The notes beneath the pieces are model-generated. The model saw only the letters and a program-made list of their open reading frames with translations. It was not told the DNA's origin and ran no database searches. The position numbers and the translations under genes are program-made. A stretch of 64,000 nt of DNA. Origin: Candidatus Micrarchaeota archaeon. Its GTDB lineage: Archaea; Micrarchaeota; Micrarchaeia; Anstonellales; Bilamarchaeaceae. Every line of letters begins with the position of its first letter. Position 1 is the stretch's first letter. Where the stretch lies: positions 130,844 through 194,843 of the forward strand of contig JBBSVN010000004.1 of NCBI GenBank assembly GCA_038046765.1, read 5' to 3'. This document shows positions 37,232-47,138 of this stretch, one piece after another.

Positions 37232-38569
37232 ATGTTATTTGGAACAGCAGGAATACGCGGGATTTATAGCAAAGAAATTACCGAAGAATTAGCATTTAGA
37301 ATTTCGAACGTATTTGCTGATACTAAGCAAGAAAAATTAGTTATTGCTCGGGATACAAGGGCAAGCGGAATTAATTTAAGAAATGCCGTTGTTGCAGGCT
37401 CAATGCTAAAAGGAATAAAAATTATTGACCTTGGAATTGTTCCAACCCCAGTTCTTGCCTTTGCAACAGTAAAGCATAACTGCAATGGAATAATGATTAC
37501 TGCATCACATAATCCAGAAGAATATAATGGATTAAAATTGTTTGCTAACGGGAAAGAAATATCTAAAGCAGAGGAAGCAATCGTTGAACAACAATATTCT
37601 AAAAACAGACTAAATTATGATGAAACCAAAGATTACCAAGCACACCTAGATTCCGATCCAGATATAGTACAGGATTATCTAGCTTTAGTTAAATCGCAAG
37701 TAGATGCTGATGCTATCCAAAAGAAAAAATTCAAGGTTTTAGTTGATTGTAACGGTGCAGCAGCAACAGTTTCCCCTTATTTACTAACTAATTTAGGTTG
37801 CAAAGTGACTACATTAAATTGCGAACTAACTGGTTTTAATCGAAAGAGCGAACCAAATGCAGAAAACTTATCCGATACGATAAAAATTGCAAAATCAATT
37901 GGAAGTGAAATAACATTTGCACATGATGGAGATGGCGACCGTTGCGTAGTGATTGATGAAGATGGAGAAATGCTTCCATTTGATGTTCAACTCGCAATTA
38001 TGATCGAGCATGAATTGGAACGTGCAAAACAAGGAACTAAGAAAGTAGTAACCACTGTTGAATCCTCTTTAATCGTACGCGATGCAATCGAAAAAAATGG
38101 AGGAACATCCATAATTACTCCAGTTGGAAGTGTATATATTTCGGAGGTTATTTACAAAGAAAATGCCTGCTTTGGGGGCGAGCCTTGCGGCGAATACGTT
38201 TTTGCTAATGCACATACTGGTGCTGATGGTGTCCTAGCTATTGCAAAGTTTTTAGAAATAATTACTAAGAAAGGAAAACTAAGCGAACTACGTAAAAAAT
38301 ATGCTACGTATCCAATTGCAAGGGAGAAATTTATTTGTAACGATAAAAGTTTGGCAATAAAGCGAATCGAAAAAGCGATTAAGGAACTAAAAATTAAAGG
38401 AACAATTAACCAAATTGACGGAATACGTATTGACGAAAGCGACGGTTGGTTTTTAATTAGACCAAGCGGTACTGAAAACATAATGAGATTAACTATCGAA
38501 TATAAAACGCAAGGTAGACTTAACGAACGATTACAAATGTTAAGGGATTTGATAAAGCGGAATTTATAG
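37232..38569 (+). CDS. phosphohexomutase (phosphoglucosamine mutase / PMM-PGM family)
   Basis: LFGTAGIRG, TASHNP, DGDGDR, GGEPCG, RPSGTE. Confidence 0.93.
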   Translation: MLFGTAGIRGIYSKEITEELAFRISNVFADTKQEKLVIARDTRASGINLRNAVVAGSMLKGIKIIDLGIVPTPVLAFATVKHNCNGIMITASHNPEEYNGLKLFANGKEISKAEEAIVEQQYSKNRLNYDETKDYQAHLDSDPDIVQDYLALVKSQVDADAIQKKKFKVLVDCNGAAATVSPYLLTNLGCKVTTLNCELTGFNRKSEPNAENLSDTIKIAKSIGSEITFAHDGDGDRCVVIDEDGEMLPFDVQLAIMIEHELERAKQGTKKVVTTVESSLIVRDAIEKNGGTSIITPVGSVYISEVIYKENACFGGEPCGEYVFANAHTGADGVLAIAKFLEIITKKGKLSELRKKYATYPIAREKFICNDKSLAIKRIEKAIKELKIKGTINQIDGIRIDESDGWFLIRPSGTENIMRLTIEYKTQGRLNERLQMLRDLIKRNL

Positions 38570-38635
38570 AGCTTGTTATTACTAGATTAAACTTTCTTTG
38601 ACCTAGTAAAAACAAAATGGACTGTAAAAATTATA

Positions 38636-38781
38636 AGCCTCCGGAGAGATTGACAGCCTTGCTAGCAAATCTTGAACGCATTTGCGGCTCAAGGCTTTTG
38701 AACTCTCGACATCTTGTTTTTTCGATCTAGAATTTATTTTATATACGAAACAAGCACTCCACCAGACTGAGTTACAGAGGC
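38636..38781 (-). tRNA. tRNA-Thr(CGT) with two introns (37/38: 38743-38719; about 59/60: 38696-38650)
   Basis: Removing 25+47 nt gives a 74-nt cloverleaf: GCCTCTG/CGGAGGC, CTTGT-TTCGTAA-ACAAG, GAGAG-TTCAAAT-CTCTC; intron 1 BHB helix TTCG/CGAA. Confidence 0.93.
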
Positions 38782-38925
38782 ATTTATTGTTCTGGATAAT
38801 TGAATTATATCAGTTATATTGTATTCGAATTCTTATAAAGATTGCGCACACGGGAAAAATAAAAAAGGAAAAGAAAATAAAGAAAAAAAGCTACTTGCCA
38901 ATTGCTACAAGCTAAAGGCTAGCAA

Positions 38926-40209
38926 TTAAGCAAACAGACATCTTAGTATGAAAACAGGGTCTGTAAACTTCTTTTGGGCTTCAGGATTAAGCAAAGTACT
39001 TGAAATTGCATCCCTTACATAGGAACTTCTACTAGCCTTGTCAATTATCATATTTAGTACCCACGTATTAGTACCAAGTCTTTGCAAGTTGTAACTCGTC
39101 TTAAGTTCATCACCAACTTCATCGTAAAGTTCAGTGTGATATTTGCTTAGAACTGTTTCAGAAAAGTCATTTTTCTCAAATGCTTCAACAATAATCTTGC
39201 TTGCAATCTTACCGCTAATTAGTGCATTTCCAATTCCTTCTCCAGTAAATGGATCGATTAATGAAGCGCAGTCTCCGACTAAGACAAACCCGTTTCCGTA
39301 TGCTTTACTTGGTCTCCAGCTACCTAATGGCAGATGCCACCTTTTTACTTCAGTAATCTTCTTTGCATTCTTAAATCGTGCTGCAAACATAGGATGTTTT
39401 TCAATAATATCATACATTACTTTTTCCATATTTATTTTATTCTTTTGAATATCGGGAACTAACATACCGATCCCAACATTTGCTTTTTTATCTGGTAATG
39501 GAAAAATCCAGAAATAACCTGGTAATGCCTCTTTTACAAAATGCAATTCGATTTGATCAGTCACTCCTTCTACGCCTTCGTAGTACGCACGAAGCGCACT
39601 AACCTGATGTTCGGGTTTATTATTCTTTAAACCGAGTTTTTCAGTGAAAACACTCCCGGCACCATTTGCAATTACAACAATTTTGGCTTTAAAAGTCATT
39701 TTTTCTTTTGTTGCCATGTTGGTACCGTTTACACCAGTCATTGCACCGTTTTCCATAATAAGTTCGTCGACATTAAATTGTTCAATAACAGTTGCCTGAT
39801 TTTTGGCATTTTGAAATAACAGGTCATCAAAAACTTCCCTTCTGCATACATACCCAGGAGGGGTTTTTTCTTTTTCTTTTGCAGCAGGAATTTGCACAAC
39901 TACGCCTTTTGGTGAGGAAAATGTAACGCCATACATATCCAAATGTTCAACGTTTTTTATCCCTTCTGTAATCCCTAGTTCTTGTAAAACATGAACACTT
40001 TTTCCGCTAATGCCATCCCCACAGGTTTTTTCTCTTGGGAATTTAGCCCGATCTAATAATAAGACATCTTTTCCAGCCATACCCAAGAAGGTTGCTGCAG
40101 AAGAACCACTTGGTCCGCCGCCAACAACAATTACGTCGTAATGACTTTTAATAATATCTTGTTCAGTAGATTTAGATTCAGTATTTTCCATAGATTTTTT
40201 TGCGACCAT
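38926..40209 (-). CDS. geranylgeranyl reductase-family protein
   Basis: DVIVVGGGPSG, FPREKTCGDG, GYFWIFP, VGDCASLIDPFTGEGIGNA. Confidence 0.92.
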   Translation of the reverse strand: MVAKKSMENTESKSTEQDIIKSHYDVIVVGGGPSGSSAATFLGMAGKDVLLLDRAKFPREKTCGDGISGKSVHVLQELGITEGIKNVEHLDMYGVTFSSPKGVVVQIPAAKEKEKTPPGYVCRREVFDDLLFQNAKNQATVIEQFNVDELIMENGAMTGVNGTNMATKEKMTFKAKIVVIANGAGSVFTEKLGLKNNKPEHQVSALRAYYEGVEGVTDQIELHFVKEALPGYFWIFPLPDKKANVGIGMLVPDIQKNKINMEKVMYDIIEKHPMFAARFKNAKKITEVKRWHLPLGSWRPSKAYGNGFVLVGDCASLIDPFTGEGIGNALISGKIASKIIVEAFEKNDFSETVLSKYHTELYDEVGDELKTSYNLQRLGTNTWVLNMIIDKASRSSYVRDAISSTLLNPEAQKKFTDPVFILRCLFA

Positions 40210-40319
40210 ATAAATCACTCTTAAAAGATTTTTTTATTTTCTAACCCAGTATTAGCACTACTTATAAGTAAATAAAGAAGAATAAAAAGGATAAATTTTA
40301 TAAAACATTAGGTATGTGT

Positions 40320-41489
40320 TTAATCCTCATTAATCGCAAATCCGGGGCTTTCTACATTGTAATTACTACCTAAACCGATGCGATTTCCAGTTAGAATAGG
40401 CGTAAACGCACTTGAAGGAATTTGTACATTTAAATTATTTACAACAGCTCTTTTGATTACACTTAGACCATCTTCATTAGTGTGAACAAATACCCAGTAT
40501 TGATTATTTTCCTTATCGTAATATCCGCTTGGTATTCCGCCAGCATTATTTGTTAAAAGACCTTTAGACAAGGCAGAACTTTCTAGATAACTTCCTCTAA
40601 GACTAGTAGAACGTGATAATTGGATACTCATCCCCTTAGATAAAAGTAAGGTATATCCGCCCGAATTGGAAAACACGTCTGGATCAGAAGCGCTTTCTTT
40701 TTCTGTTATTGATGCTTCAAGACGGTCGCCCGAATCAACAATGAATTTAGCGCCATTACTTCCCTTAATTTCAGTAGCGCTCCTAATTTTCTTAAAGCAG
40801 CTATTATCGTAAGGTTGACACCTCGCAGGATCACTACCTATTTGACCTACCAAATAGAACATAACTAAATTTTTTTCTTCATCCAGAATAAGGCTTGGAT
40901 CAGCAAAAAGTTCGTTTGCACCTATTGAGTTTGTCATTTGTACATTCAATGGAGTTTCCCAAACATCATTATCGATTTGATAACGCCTAAGGACCCCCGG
41001 AGTATAAACGTATAAAATATTCTCACGCACAATTAGGTCAGGAACGCTTCCAGAATAAGGAACATAATTAGGCAGTAATTTCCAGTTGGCGCCATCAGTG
41101 GACTGTGCAATGTATACCTTATGATTTCGTGGGTCATTGCAATCAGTTTGAGATTTATCACAGGCATGAAATGAAAGTAAATATTTTTCTAAAGAATTCT
41201 TTTTTGATGAAATCGAAACGTTTGTTTGATTTAACAGATCAGAATTATTCGTTTGAACACCAGATTTAGAATTGTTTAAATTGTCGATTATTTCTTGATT
41301 TTGAACTGGTATTGGTTTTGATGTTGGCGTTGTCACTTCGTTTATTGGAGTTTCTATGGATTGATTTTTTTCTAAAAAAGTTTTTTGTGGAACAGGATTC
41401 GTTACGCAACCAAACAAAAGAAAAACGATCAAAAATAAAATGAAAAAGAAACCAGACTTACTAAAAATGAATTTATCTTTAAAAATCAT
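40320..41489 (-). CDS. lipoprotein, possibly beta-propeller/glycosidase-like
   Basis: Lipobox LLFGC; Asp-box-like STDGANW; repeated ADP/SDP motifs. Confidence 0.65.
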   Translation of the reverse strand: MIFKDKFIFSKSGFFFILFLIVFLLFGCVTNPVPQKTFLEKNQSIETPINEVTTPTSKPIPVQNQEIIDNLNNSKSGVQTNNSDLLNQTNVSISSKKNSLEKYLLSFHACDKSQTDCNDPRNHKVYIAQSTDGANWKLLPNYVPYSGSVPDLIVRENILYVYTPGVLRRYQIDNDVWETPLNVQMTNSIGANELFADPSLILDEEKNLVMFYLVGQIGSDPARCQPYDNSCFKKIRSATEIKGSNGAKFIVDSGDRLEASITEKESASDPDVFSNSGGYTLLLSKGMSIQLSRSTSLRGSYLESSALSKGLLTNNAGGIPSGYYDKENNQYWVFVHTNEDGLSVIKRAVVNNLNVQIPSSAFTPILTGNRIGLGSNYNVESPGFAINED

Positions 41490-41553
41490 AAAATATCAAC
41501 AAATTAGTAGAAACATACTAGCTTTTTTAATGTATGAGATATCATTGTATATT

Positions 41554-42096
41554 ATGCCAATTTACACAAAGACAGGAGACCTCGGTCAAACATCATTATT
41601 AGGCGGTGAAAGAGTAAGCAAAAGCGATGCGCGAGTATCAGCTTGCGGAGATACTGATGAACTTAATGCATGCATTGGAGTCATCCTTTCTTTTTCAGAG
41701 GACAAACAAATAGCAGAACAACTGCAAGAAATTCAAAAAGATTTATTTACAATTGGTGCACACTTAGCATCTAAAAAAGCAGCAGTACCATTGCCAATCC
41801 TTCCATTACATCGAATTAGTCAAATGGAAGAACATATGGACAAAATAGAAGAAGAACTTGGTCCGCTAAGAAATTTTATACTTCCTGGAGGAAGTAAAAC
41901 TGGCGCATTATTGCATTTAGCTCGGGCAATTTGTAGAAGGGCAGAACGCAATATTATTGTTCTAAATGAATTGGAAAAAGTAAATGAGAATATAGTGATT
42001 TACTTAAACAGGCTAAGCGATTACTTATTTATGTTAGCTAGGAAAAGTAATAAGAATGATAAAGTTGAGGAGATAATATGGAAATCCAACAAATAA
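41554..42096 (+). CDS. pduO: PduO-type ATP:cob(I)alamin adenosyltransferase
   Basis: IYTKTGDLGQT, GDTDELNA, FILPGG, RAICRRAER, YLNRLSDYLF. Confidence 0.93.
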   Translation: MPIYTKTGDLGQTSLLGGERVSKSDARVSACGDTDELNACIGVILSFSEDKQIAEQLQEIQKDLFTIGAHLASKKAAVPLPILPLHRISQMEEHMDKIEEELGPLRNFILPGGSKTGALLHLARAICRRAERNIIVLNELEKVNENIVIYLNRLSDYLFMLARKSNKNDKVEEIIWKSNK

Positions 42097-43076
42097 CAGT
42101 AAACAAGAAATATTTGGCAATTATTTTATTATTAGTTTTTTCGCTTTCGTTTGCAGCTGGTGGAGGGGGTAGTAGTTCATCCCCGATCCCGCTTGCCGCG
42201 ATAGCAACAACTTATAGCTGCGATAATAATTTACTTATAGTTACAATAACTTCATCATTAGACAGTTCTGTGATAAGCGAAGCTGATGTTCGTGTACTGG
42301 ACCCGAATACTGGAACGATATTTGCAAGTACAACTAGCGACAGTAACGGTCAAATGAATGCAACAATAACCGACAATGGAAAATATTTAGTTAGTTCAAG
42401 TAAAAGTGGTTATCGTTCAAACAGCGCATTCGTATTCATAAACTGCCAAAAGGCAAATGGATTAGAAACAGTGACAAATGCAAGCTCGAATAAAACAACA
42501 GGTGCAATCATTCAAAAAGAACCTGAATTTTATTGCACAGAAGGTAGAACAATTCGTGAAAGAGTAAAATGTTATTTGACACTAAGCGTAGATAAGATTG
42601 AAAATATAAGATATATACCAGAAGAATGCAATGTACCAAATGAAACAGAAAAAAATTCGTGCATTGTTTTATACAGAAAATTACAAACATGCAGAGTAGA
42701 AGAATTTGAAACAGATAAGGAAAGAGAAACCTGCATAAGACCAAAAATAGCACTTAAAAATGATTTAAAGGATGAAGTAAAGGACTGTAAAGACATGCAA
42801 AATACAAGTGATAGAAAAGCATGCGTAGTAAATCTTAAGGAAAAAGTATTTACTTTAGTTAAGTTCAGAATGTACAACCTCGTTTATAAAGCAGAAGAAC
42901 TGAGCTTGCAGGGAATTGATAGTGAAGCAGTAACTGATTTTGTAGTTTACCTTAACCAAGCTAAGATTAGATTTAATAGCGCGGTTACAATAAAGGAAAA
43001 GAAAGAGATTGTAAAAGAAGTTATAATTGAATGGAAAAAATTCAAGAGTTTAGCTAAAGTAAATCGAAGCTCATAA
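42078..43076 (+). CDS. secreted protein with a carboxypeptidase-regulatory-like beta domain and a Cys-rich helical domain
   Basis: Signal peptide; TSDSNG...GKYLVSSSKSGY. Confidence 0.7.
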   Translation: MEIQQITVNKKYLAIILLLVFSLSFAAGGGGSSSSPIPLAAIATTYSCDNNLLIVTITSSLDSSVISEADVRVLDPNTGTIFASTTSDSNGQMNATITDNGKYLVSSSKSGYRSNSAFVFINCQKANGLETVTNASSNKTTGAIIQKEPEFYCTEGRTIRERVKCYLTLSVDKIENIRYIPEECNVPNETEKNSCIVLYRKLQTCRVEEFETDKERETCIRPKIALKNDLKDEVKDCKDMQNTSDRKACVVNLKEKVFTLVKFRMYNLVYKAEELSLQGIDSEAVTDFVVYLNQAKIRFNSAVTIKEKKEIVKEVIIEWKKFKSLAKVNRSS

Positions 43077-43098
43077 ATAATTTACAAAGGTGCGTTAT

Positions 43099-43332
43099 AT
43101 GAAAAAATTAATACTTGGATTATTTGTAGTTTTTGTACTTTTATTTGGTTGCACTAGCCAGACAACAACAAAAAATACAGCTGTTTCACCTTCAATAAAT
43201 GCGGGTGTTAATACAACGGTAAAAACAAATGTAAGCAACACATCTGGCGATAAAGAATTAGATGACTTACTAAAAAGCGATTTAGATAAGGCAATATCTG
43301 ATTTGGAAGAAATTGAAAACTTAAGCGAGTAG
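43099..43332 (+). CDS. small lipoprotein
   Basis: MKKLILGLFVVFVLLFGC lipobox. Confidence 0.75.
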   Translation: MKKLILGLFVVFVLLFGCTSQTTTKNTAVSPSINAGVNTTVKTNVSNTSGDKELDDLLKSDLDKAISDLEEIENLSE

Positions 43333-43341
43333 GTTGAAACT

Positions 43342-43668
43342 ATGGTAGAAATCGATATCGAATATTTGGAATTGCAAGAACAACTGGGTAAAGAGATACA
43401 TAAAAGTTATACATATAATCTTGGGGCTCTCTTATTCCTAGTAATCATTCCATTTGTAACGTATATTCTCCTGATTTGGTCCCAAATAAATGAAAATTCT
43501 CTTTTTTCTAACAATCTGATAAGATTAATTGCGTTAGCCTTTGCTTTTGTTAGCCCTTTAATTGGTATGATAATATGGGCATTTGGGGGCTGGGGATTAA
43601 AGAGCATAAATCAAAAGCTTAGATCCAAGCTCGAAGAACTAAAATCTAAGGAAAAGAAAAAGAAATAA
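43342..43668 (+). CDS. two-TM membrane protein
   Basis: Two hydrophobic segments and a basic tail. Confidence 0.7.
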   Translation: MVEIDIEYLELQEQLGKEIHKSYTYNLGALLFLVIIPFVTYILLIWSQINENSLFSNNLIRLIALAFAFVSPLIGMIIWAFGGWGLKSINQKLRSKLEELKSKEKKKK

Positions 43669-43761
43669 CTAAATGTCTTCTAATTTTACGAAGTTTTCCT
43701 TCCGCTTATTTCTTATATCTTCTTTAACTTCAGTTACAAGCAGTTCTTCTTGAAATGACAT
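43669..43761 (-). CDS. possible 30-aa micro-ORF
   Basis: MSFQEELLVTEVKEDIRNKRKENFVKLEDI*; fills the intergenic gap and has a TATA-like sequence upstream. Confidence 0.35.
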   Translation of the reverse strand: MSFQEELLVTEVKEDIRNKRKENFVKLEDI

Positions 43762-43814
43762 GACATAGTATAGTCAAATAAAGTTAAAAAGACTGCTAAA
43801 AGAAAACAAACAAA

Positions 43815-45203
43815 TTATTTCCCCTCAATTATCTTAACTAGTTCTTCGGCCACACTTTTGGCAAATTCTTTTTTTACCCTAACTGCCGCAGCTTTTTGAT
43901 GACCGCCAGCACTTTCAACAAAATCCTTCATTGTAGTTTTTGTTGTTTCAGCAATTTCTTTTCCACTATATCCCGCTTCTGCAGCTAAATCGTTAATTCT
44001 AATAACAACAGTTTGTTTGCCATATCCAATTACAATTATTGGCTTTGTGGGATTTTCTTTAACAAGTGCTTCAAAAATAGTAGTTGCAGCCTTGCCTTTA
44101 CTTGGAAACTCGTATTGCTTAGTTAGACCTTCAAGTTCTAGCAGGTAAACAGTAACATTTGGAAGATCCTTTTGAATCATTCTACGTTTGGCATTCGAAA
44201 GTATCGCATTTAATTTTTCCTCTGCCTGCTCTAGTATTGAGGATAAAATATCCGGGCTACTTAAGATTTTTTTGTAAAAAGATAGATTGGGATAACCCCC
44301 ATATAATGCAATATAATCTAGTGCCAAAGCTTTTCTCCTATCTTGTTCGGTTATTTCCAAAATTTTACTTTTATCACCTGCGCATGCAATTTTAGCATAA
44401 TCATTTAACTTCGCAATTTCTGAATCATCGTTCGTAAAATATTTTGCGATTTCAGCACATAAATAACCAGCTGGATAGCGGGAGGATTCACTCTCATCGC
44501 TAACTGCCCATGGGCTTACAAAAATATATGAATGATTAGAAATTTCTTTTGAAGGCGGATGATGATCTATAATTATAATAGTGGCACCGCCTGCTTTTAA
44601 TAGTTTTAATCCGTTTTGGCTTTCGATACTTGCGCCAAAATCGACAAATACAACTACCGGGTTTGTTTCATTAGTTATGGTTTCTAAGTCTCTTACTGCG
44701 TCTTTTTCGCTATAAACTGCTGACTTTTGCTGTTCGCTTCGGCATTTTAAAAATGAAGTTATCGAAAGCGCGGCACAAATACCGTCCGCATCATTATGGT
44801 ATTTTAGAAGAACGAATTTGTTTGATCGCTTGACGAGGTGCAAGTACCTTGCTATCTGCTCAAATAAAGGCAAAATTTTTGTCGTAGTAGGATCTTGCAC
44901 AAAAAGATTTGTTTTTGGAAGGACAAGGCTATCCATCATCTTTTCTTCTATTTCTTTTCTTTTTTCTAAAGCTAGGTTATCTTTGTATGAAGAGATAGCA
45001 TTTACACTAAGCGAAAAACTAAGGGGATTTTTGATGGTAGAATCTAATTTGATTATATCACCTTTGTTTAAGAATTTGTCATAGAAAAAATTATACGTAA
45101 TTATCCCGTCGGTTATTTCGTAATATAATAAAGAGCCGCTTGGCCTGGAGTTTGTTACCATTGCATCTAGGATAAATGAGCTACCTTCGGTTAAGTTCAC
45201 CAT
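43815..45203 (-). CDS. RecJ-like DHH phosphoesterase with an N-terminal OB-like domain
   Basis: YHNDADG, VDFG, IIDHHP, GGHQKAA. Confidence 0.88.
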   Translation of the reverse strand: MVNLTEGSSFILDAMVTNSRPSGSLLYYEITDGIITYNFFYDKFLNKGDIIKLDSTIKNPLSFSLSVNAISSYKDNLALEKRKEIEEKMMDSLVLPKTNLFVQDPTTTKILPLFEQIARYLHLVKRSNKFVLLKYHNDADGICAALSITSFLKCRSEQQKSAVYSEKDAVRDLETITNETNPVVVFVDFGASIESQNGLKLLKAGGATIIIIDHHPPSKEISNHSYIFVSPWAVSDESESSRYPAGYLCAEIAKYFTNDDSEIAKLNDYAKIACAGDKSKILEITEQDRRKALALDYIALYGGYPNLSFYKKILSSPDILSSILEQAEEKLNAILSNAKRRMIQKDLPNVTVYLLELEGLTKQYEFPSKGKAATTIFEALVKENPTKPIIVIGYGKQTVVIRINDLAAEAGYSGKEIAETTKTTMKDFVESAGGHQKAAAVRVKKEFAKSVAEELVKIIEGK

Positions 45204-45304
45204 AGTATAAAATTAAACACAATAAATTAAAACTCTATGCGTTATAAATATAAACGAGTCAAATAGCAATCATAAAATTTTAACTATAATACTTAGTGAT
45301 AAAA

Positions 45305-47095
45305 ATGCCAAGCGAAACACAAGACACAGAACCTAAAACCACAATAAATAATTCAAAAACAACCCGATCACCAATCTTAGTTATAATGGGCCATGTTGAT
45401 CATGGTAAAACTAGCCTCGCAGATTCCATAAGAGGGACACGAGTTGCTAAAAAAGAAGCGGGCGGAATTACGCAGATGATTGGTGCAAGTTATTTGCCAA
45501 AGGAAACACTCGAAATTTTATCCTCCAAATTATCAGAAAAAATGAGATTTACACTAAAAATTCCCGGTTTATTATTTATAGATACACCAGGACATGAAGC
45601 ATTCACAAACCTTAGGGAGCGAGGCGGAAGTATTGCAGATATGGCGATATTAGTTGTAGATGTTGCTCAGGGGTTCCAACCGCAAACGATTGAAAGCATA
45701 AAAATATTAAAACAATTTAAAACGCCTTTTGTAATTGCAGCGAACAAAGTAGATCTAATTATGGGTTGGAAAAATTACGAACACACTTCAGTAATGGAAT
45801 CATTAAACAAGCAAAGAGAAGATGTAAAAACCAGACTCGATGAAAAAATTTACAACATTGTAGGTAAAATAAGCGAATACGGATTTGACAGCGAACGATT
45901 CGATAGAATAACTGATTTTGCAAAACAGATTTCAATAATTCCAGTTAGCGCAAAAACAAAAGAAGGCCTAAGCGAACTTTTAGTAATTGTGGCTGGTTTA
46001 AGTCAAAGATTTTTAGAGGAAAGTTTGAAAACAGATGCAAGTGGAATTGGAAAAGGAAGTGTCTTAGAAATAAAAGAGGAGAAGGGGCTTGGAGCCACAA
46101 TTGATGTAGTATTATACGATGGTTCAATAAAGAAAAACGATGAGATCATTTACCTAACAGATAATGGTGCAAAAACAACAAGAATACGCGGACTTCTGGA
46201 ACCCGACATAAGCGGTAAGGAAAAATTCGCTTATGTAGATGAAGTATACGCGGCGGCAGGAGTAAAAATATTTGCGCCAGGCCTCGAAGATGTAATTCCA
46301 GGTTCGCCATTTAAAGTAGTTGGAGATTTAGAAAAAGATAAACAGGAAATAGAACAGCAGTTCAAAAGCGTACTTTTTGAAGGTGAGGAAGAAGGAGTAA
46401 TTCTAAAGGCGGATAGCTTAGGAAGTATCGAAGCTATATTAAAAATACTAAAGGATGCACAAATTAACGTTCATCGTTCTGGAGTTGGAAAAATAAGTAG
46501 AAAGGATGTTATTGCTGCACAGACAATGAAAAGTAAGAACAGATTTTATGGAGCAGTACTCGGGTTCAATAACATCGTTTTAGATGAGGCGAGGCAGGAA
46601 AGTTCAGATAGCAATACACCCATTGTCTGGAGTAATATAATTTACGATGTGCTTGATAAATACCAGGAGTGGGTAAAGCAGGAGAAGGAGAAGGAAAAAC
46701 TAGATGCGATGGAAAAATTACCCCTTCCAGGAAAAATATACTTGATACCAGGATTTATGTTTAGGGCTTCTAAACCTGCTGTTTTTGGAGTTGAAGTAAA
46801 GGCTGGACGAATAAAAAAGGGATACCGGCTTATGAACAAGCGCGGCGAGATAGTTGGAGAAATACGGGAAATGCAACACGAAAAAGAAAAAGTTGAAGAA
46901 GCAAAGACAGGGATGCAGATAGCAATATCCTGCGATGGAATAAACTATGGAAAGAATGTAGAAGAAAAAGAGGAGCTTTACACTTATATAACAGCTGAAG
47001 AAGCTAAAAAATGGGAAGTACAAAAAGAATTATTAAGTGGAGATGAAAAGGCATTACTTAATGAAATAAGAAACATGCTAAAAAAATACTTTTAG
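45305..47095 (+). CDS. infB: translation initiation factor aIF5B (IF-2)
   Basis: GHVDHGKT, EAGGITQ, DTPGHEAF, NKVD, KADSLGSIEA. Confidence 0.97.
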   Translation: MPSETQDTEPKTTINNSKTTRSPILVIMGHVDHGKTSLADSIRGTRVAKKEAGGITQMIGASYLPKETLEILSSKLSEKMRFTLKIPGLLFIDTPGHEAFTNLRERGGSIADMAILVVDVAQGFQPQTIESIKILKQFKTPFVIAANKVDLIMGWKNYEHTSVMESLNKQREDVKTRLDEKIYNIVGKISEYGFDSERFDRITDFAKQISIIPVSAKTKEGLSELLVIVAGLSQRFLEESLKTDASGIGKGSVLEIKEEKGLGATIDVVLYDGSIKKNDEIIYLTDNGAKTTRIRGLLEPDISGKEKFAYVDEVYAAAGVKIFAPGLEDVIPGSPFKVVGDLEKDKQEIEQQFKSVLFEGEEEGVILKADSLGSIEAILKILKDAQINVHRSGVGKISRKDVIAAQTMKSKNRFYGAVLGFNNIVLDEARQESSDSNTPIVWSNIIYDVLDKYQEWVKQEKEKEKLDAMEKLPLPGKIYLIPGFMFRASKPAVFGVEVKAGRIKKGYRLMNKRGEIVGEIREMQHEKEKVEEAKTGMQIAISCDGINYGKNVEEKEELYTYITAEEAKKWEVQKELLSGDEKALLNEIRNMLKKYF

Positions 47096-47138
47096 CTTGC
47101 AAGATATAGTTCTCTTAAGTAAAATATAGCTGATAAAT

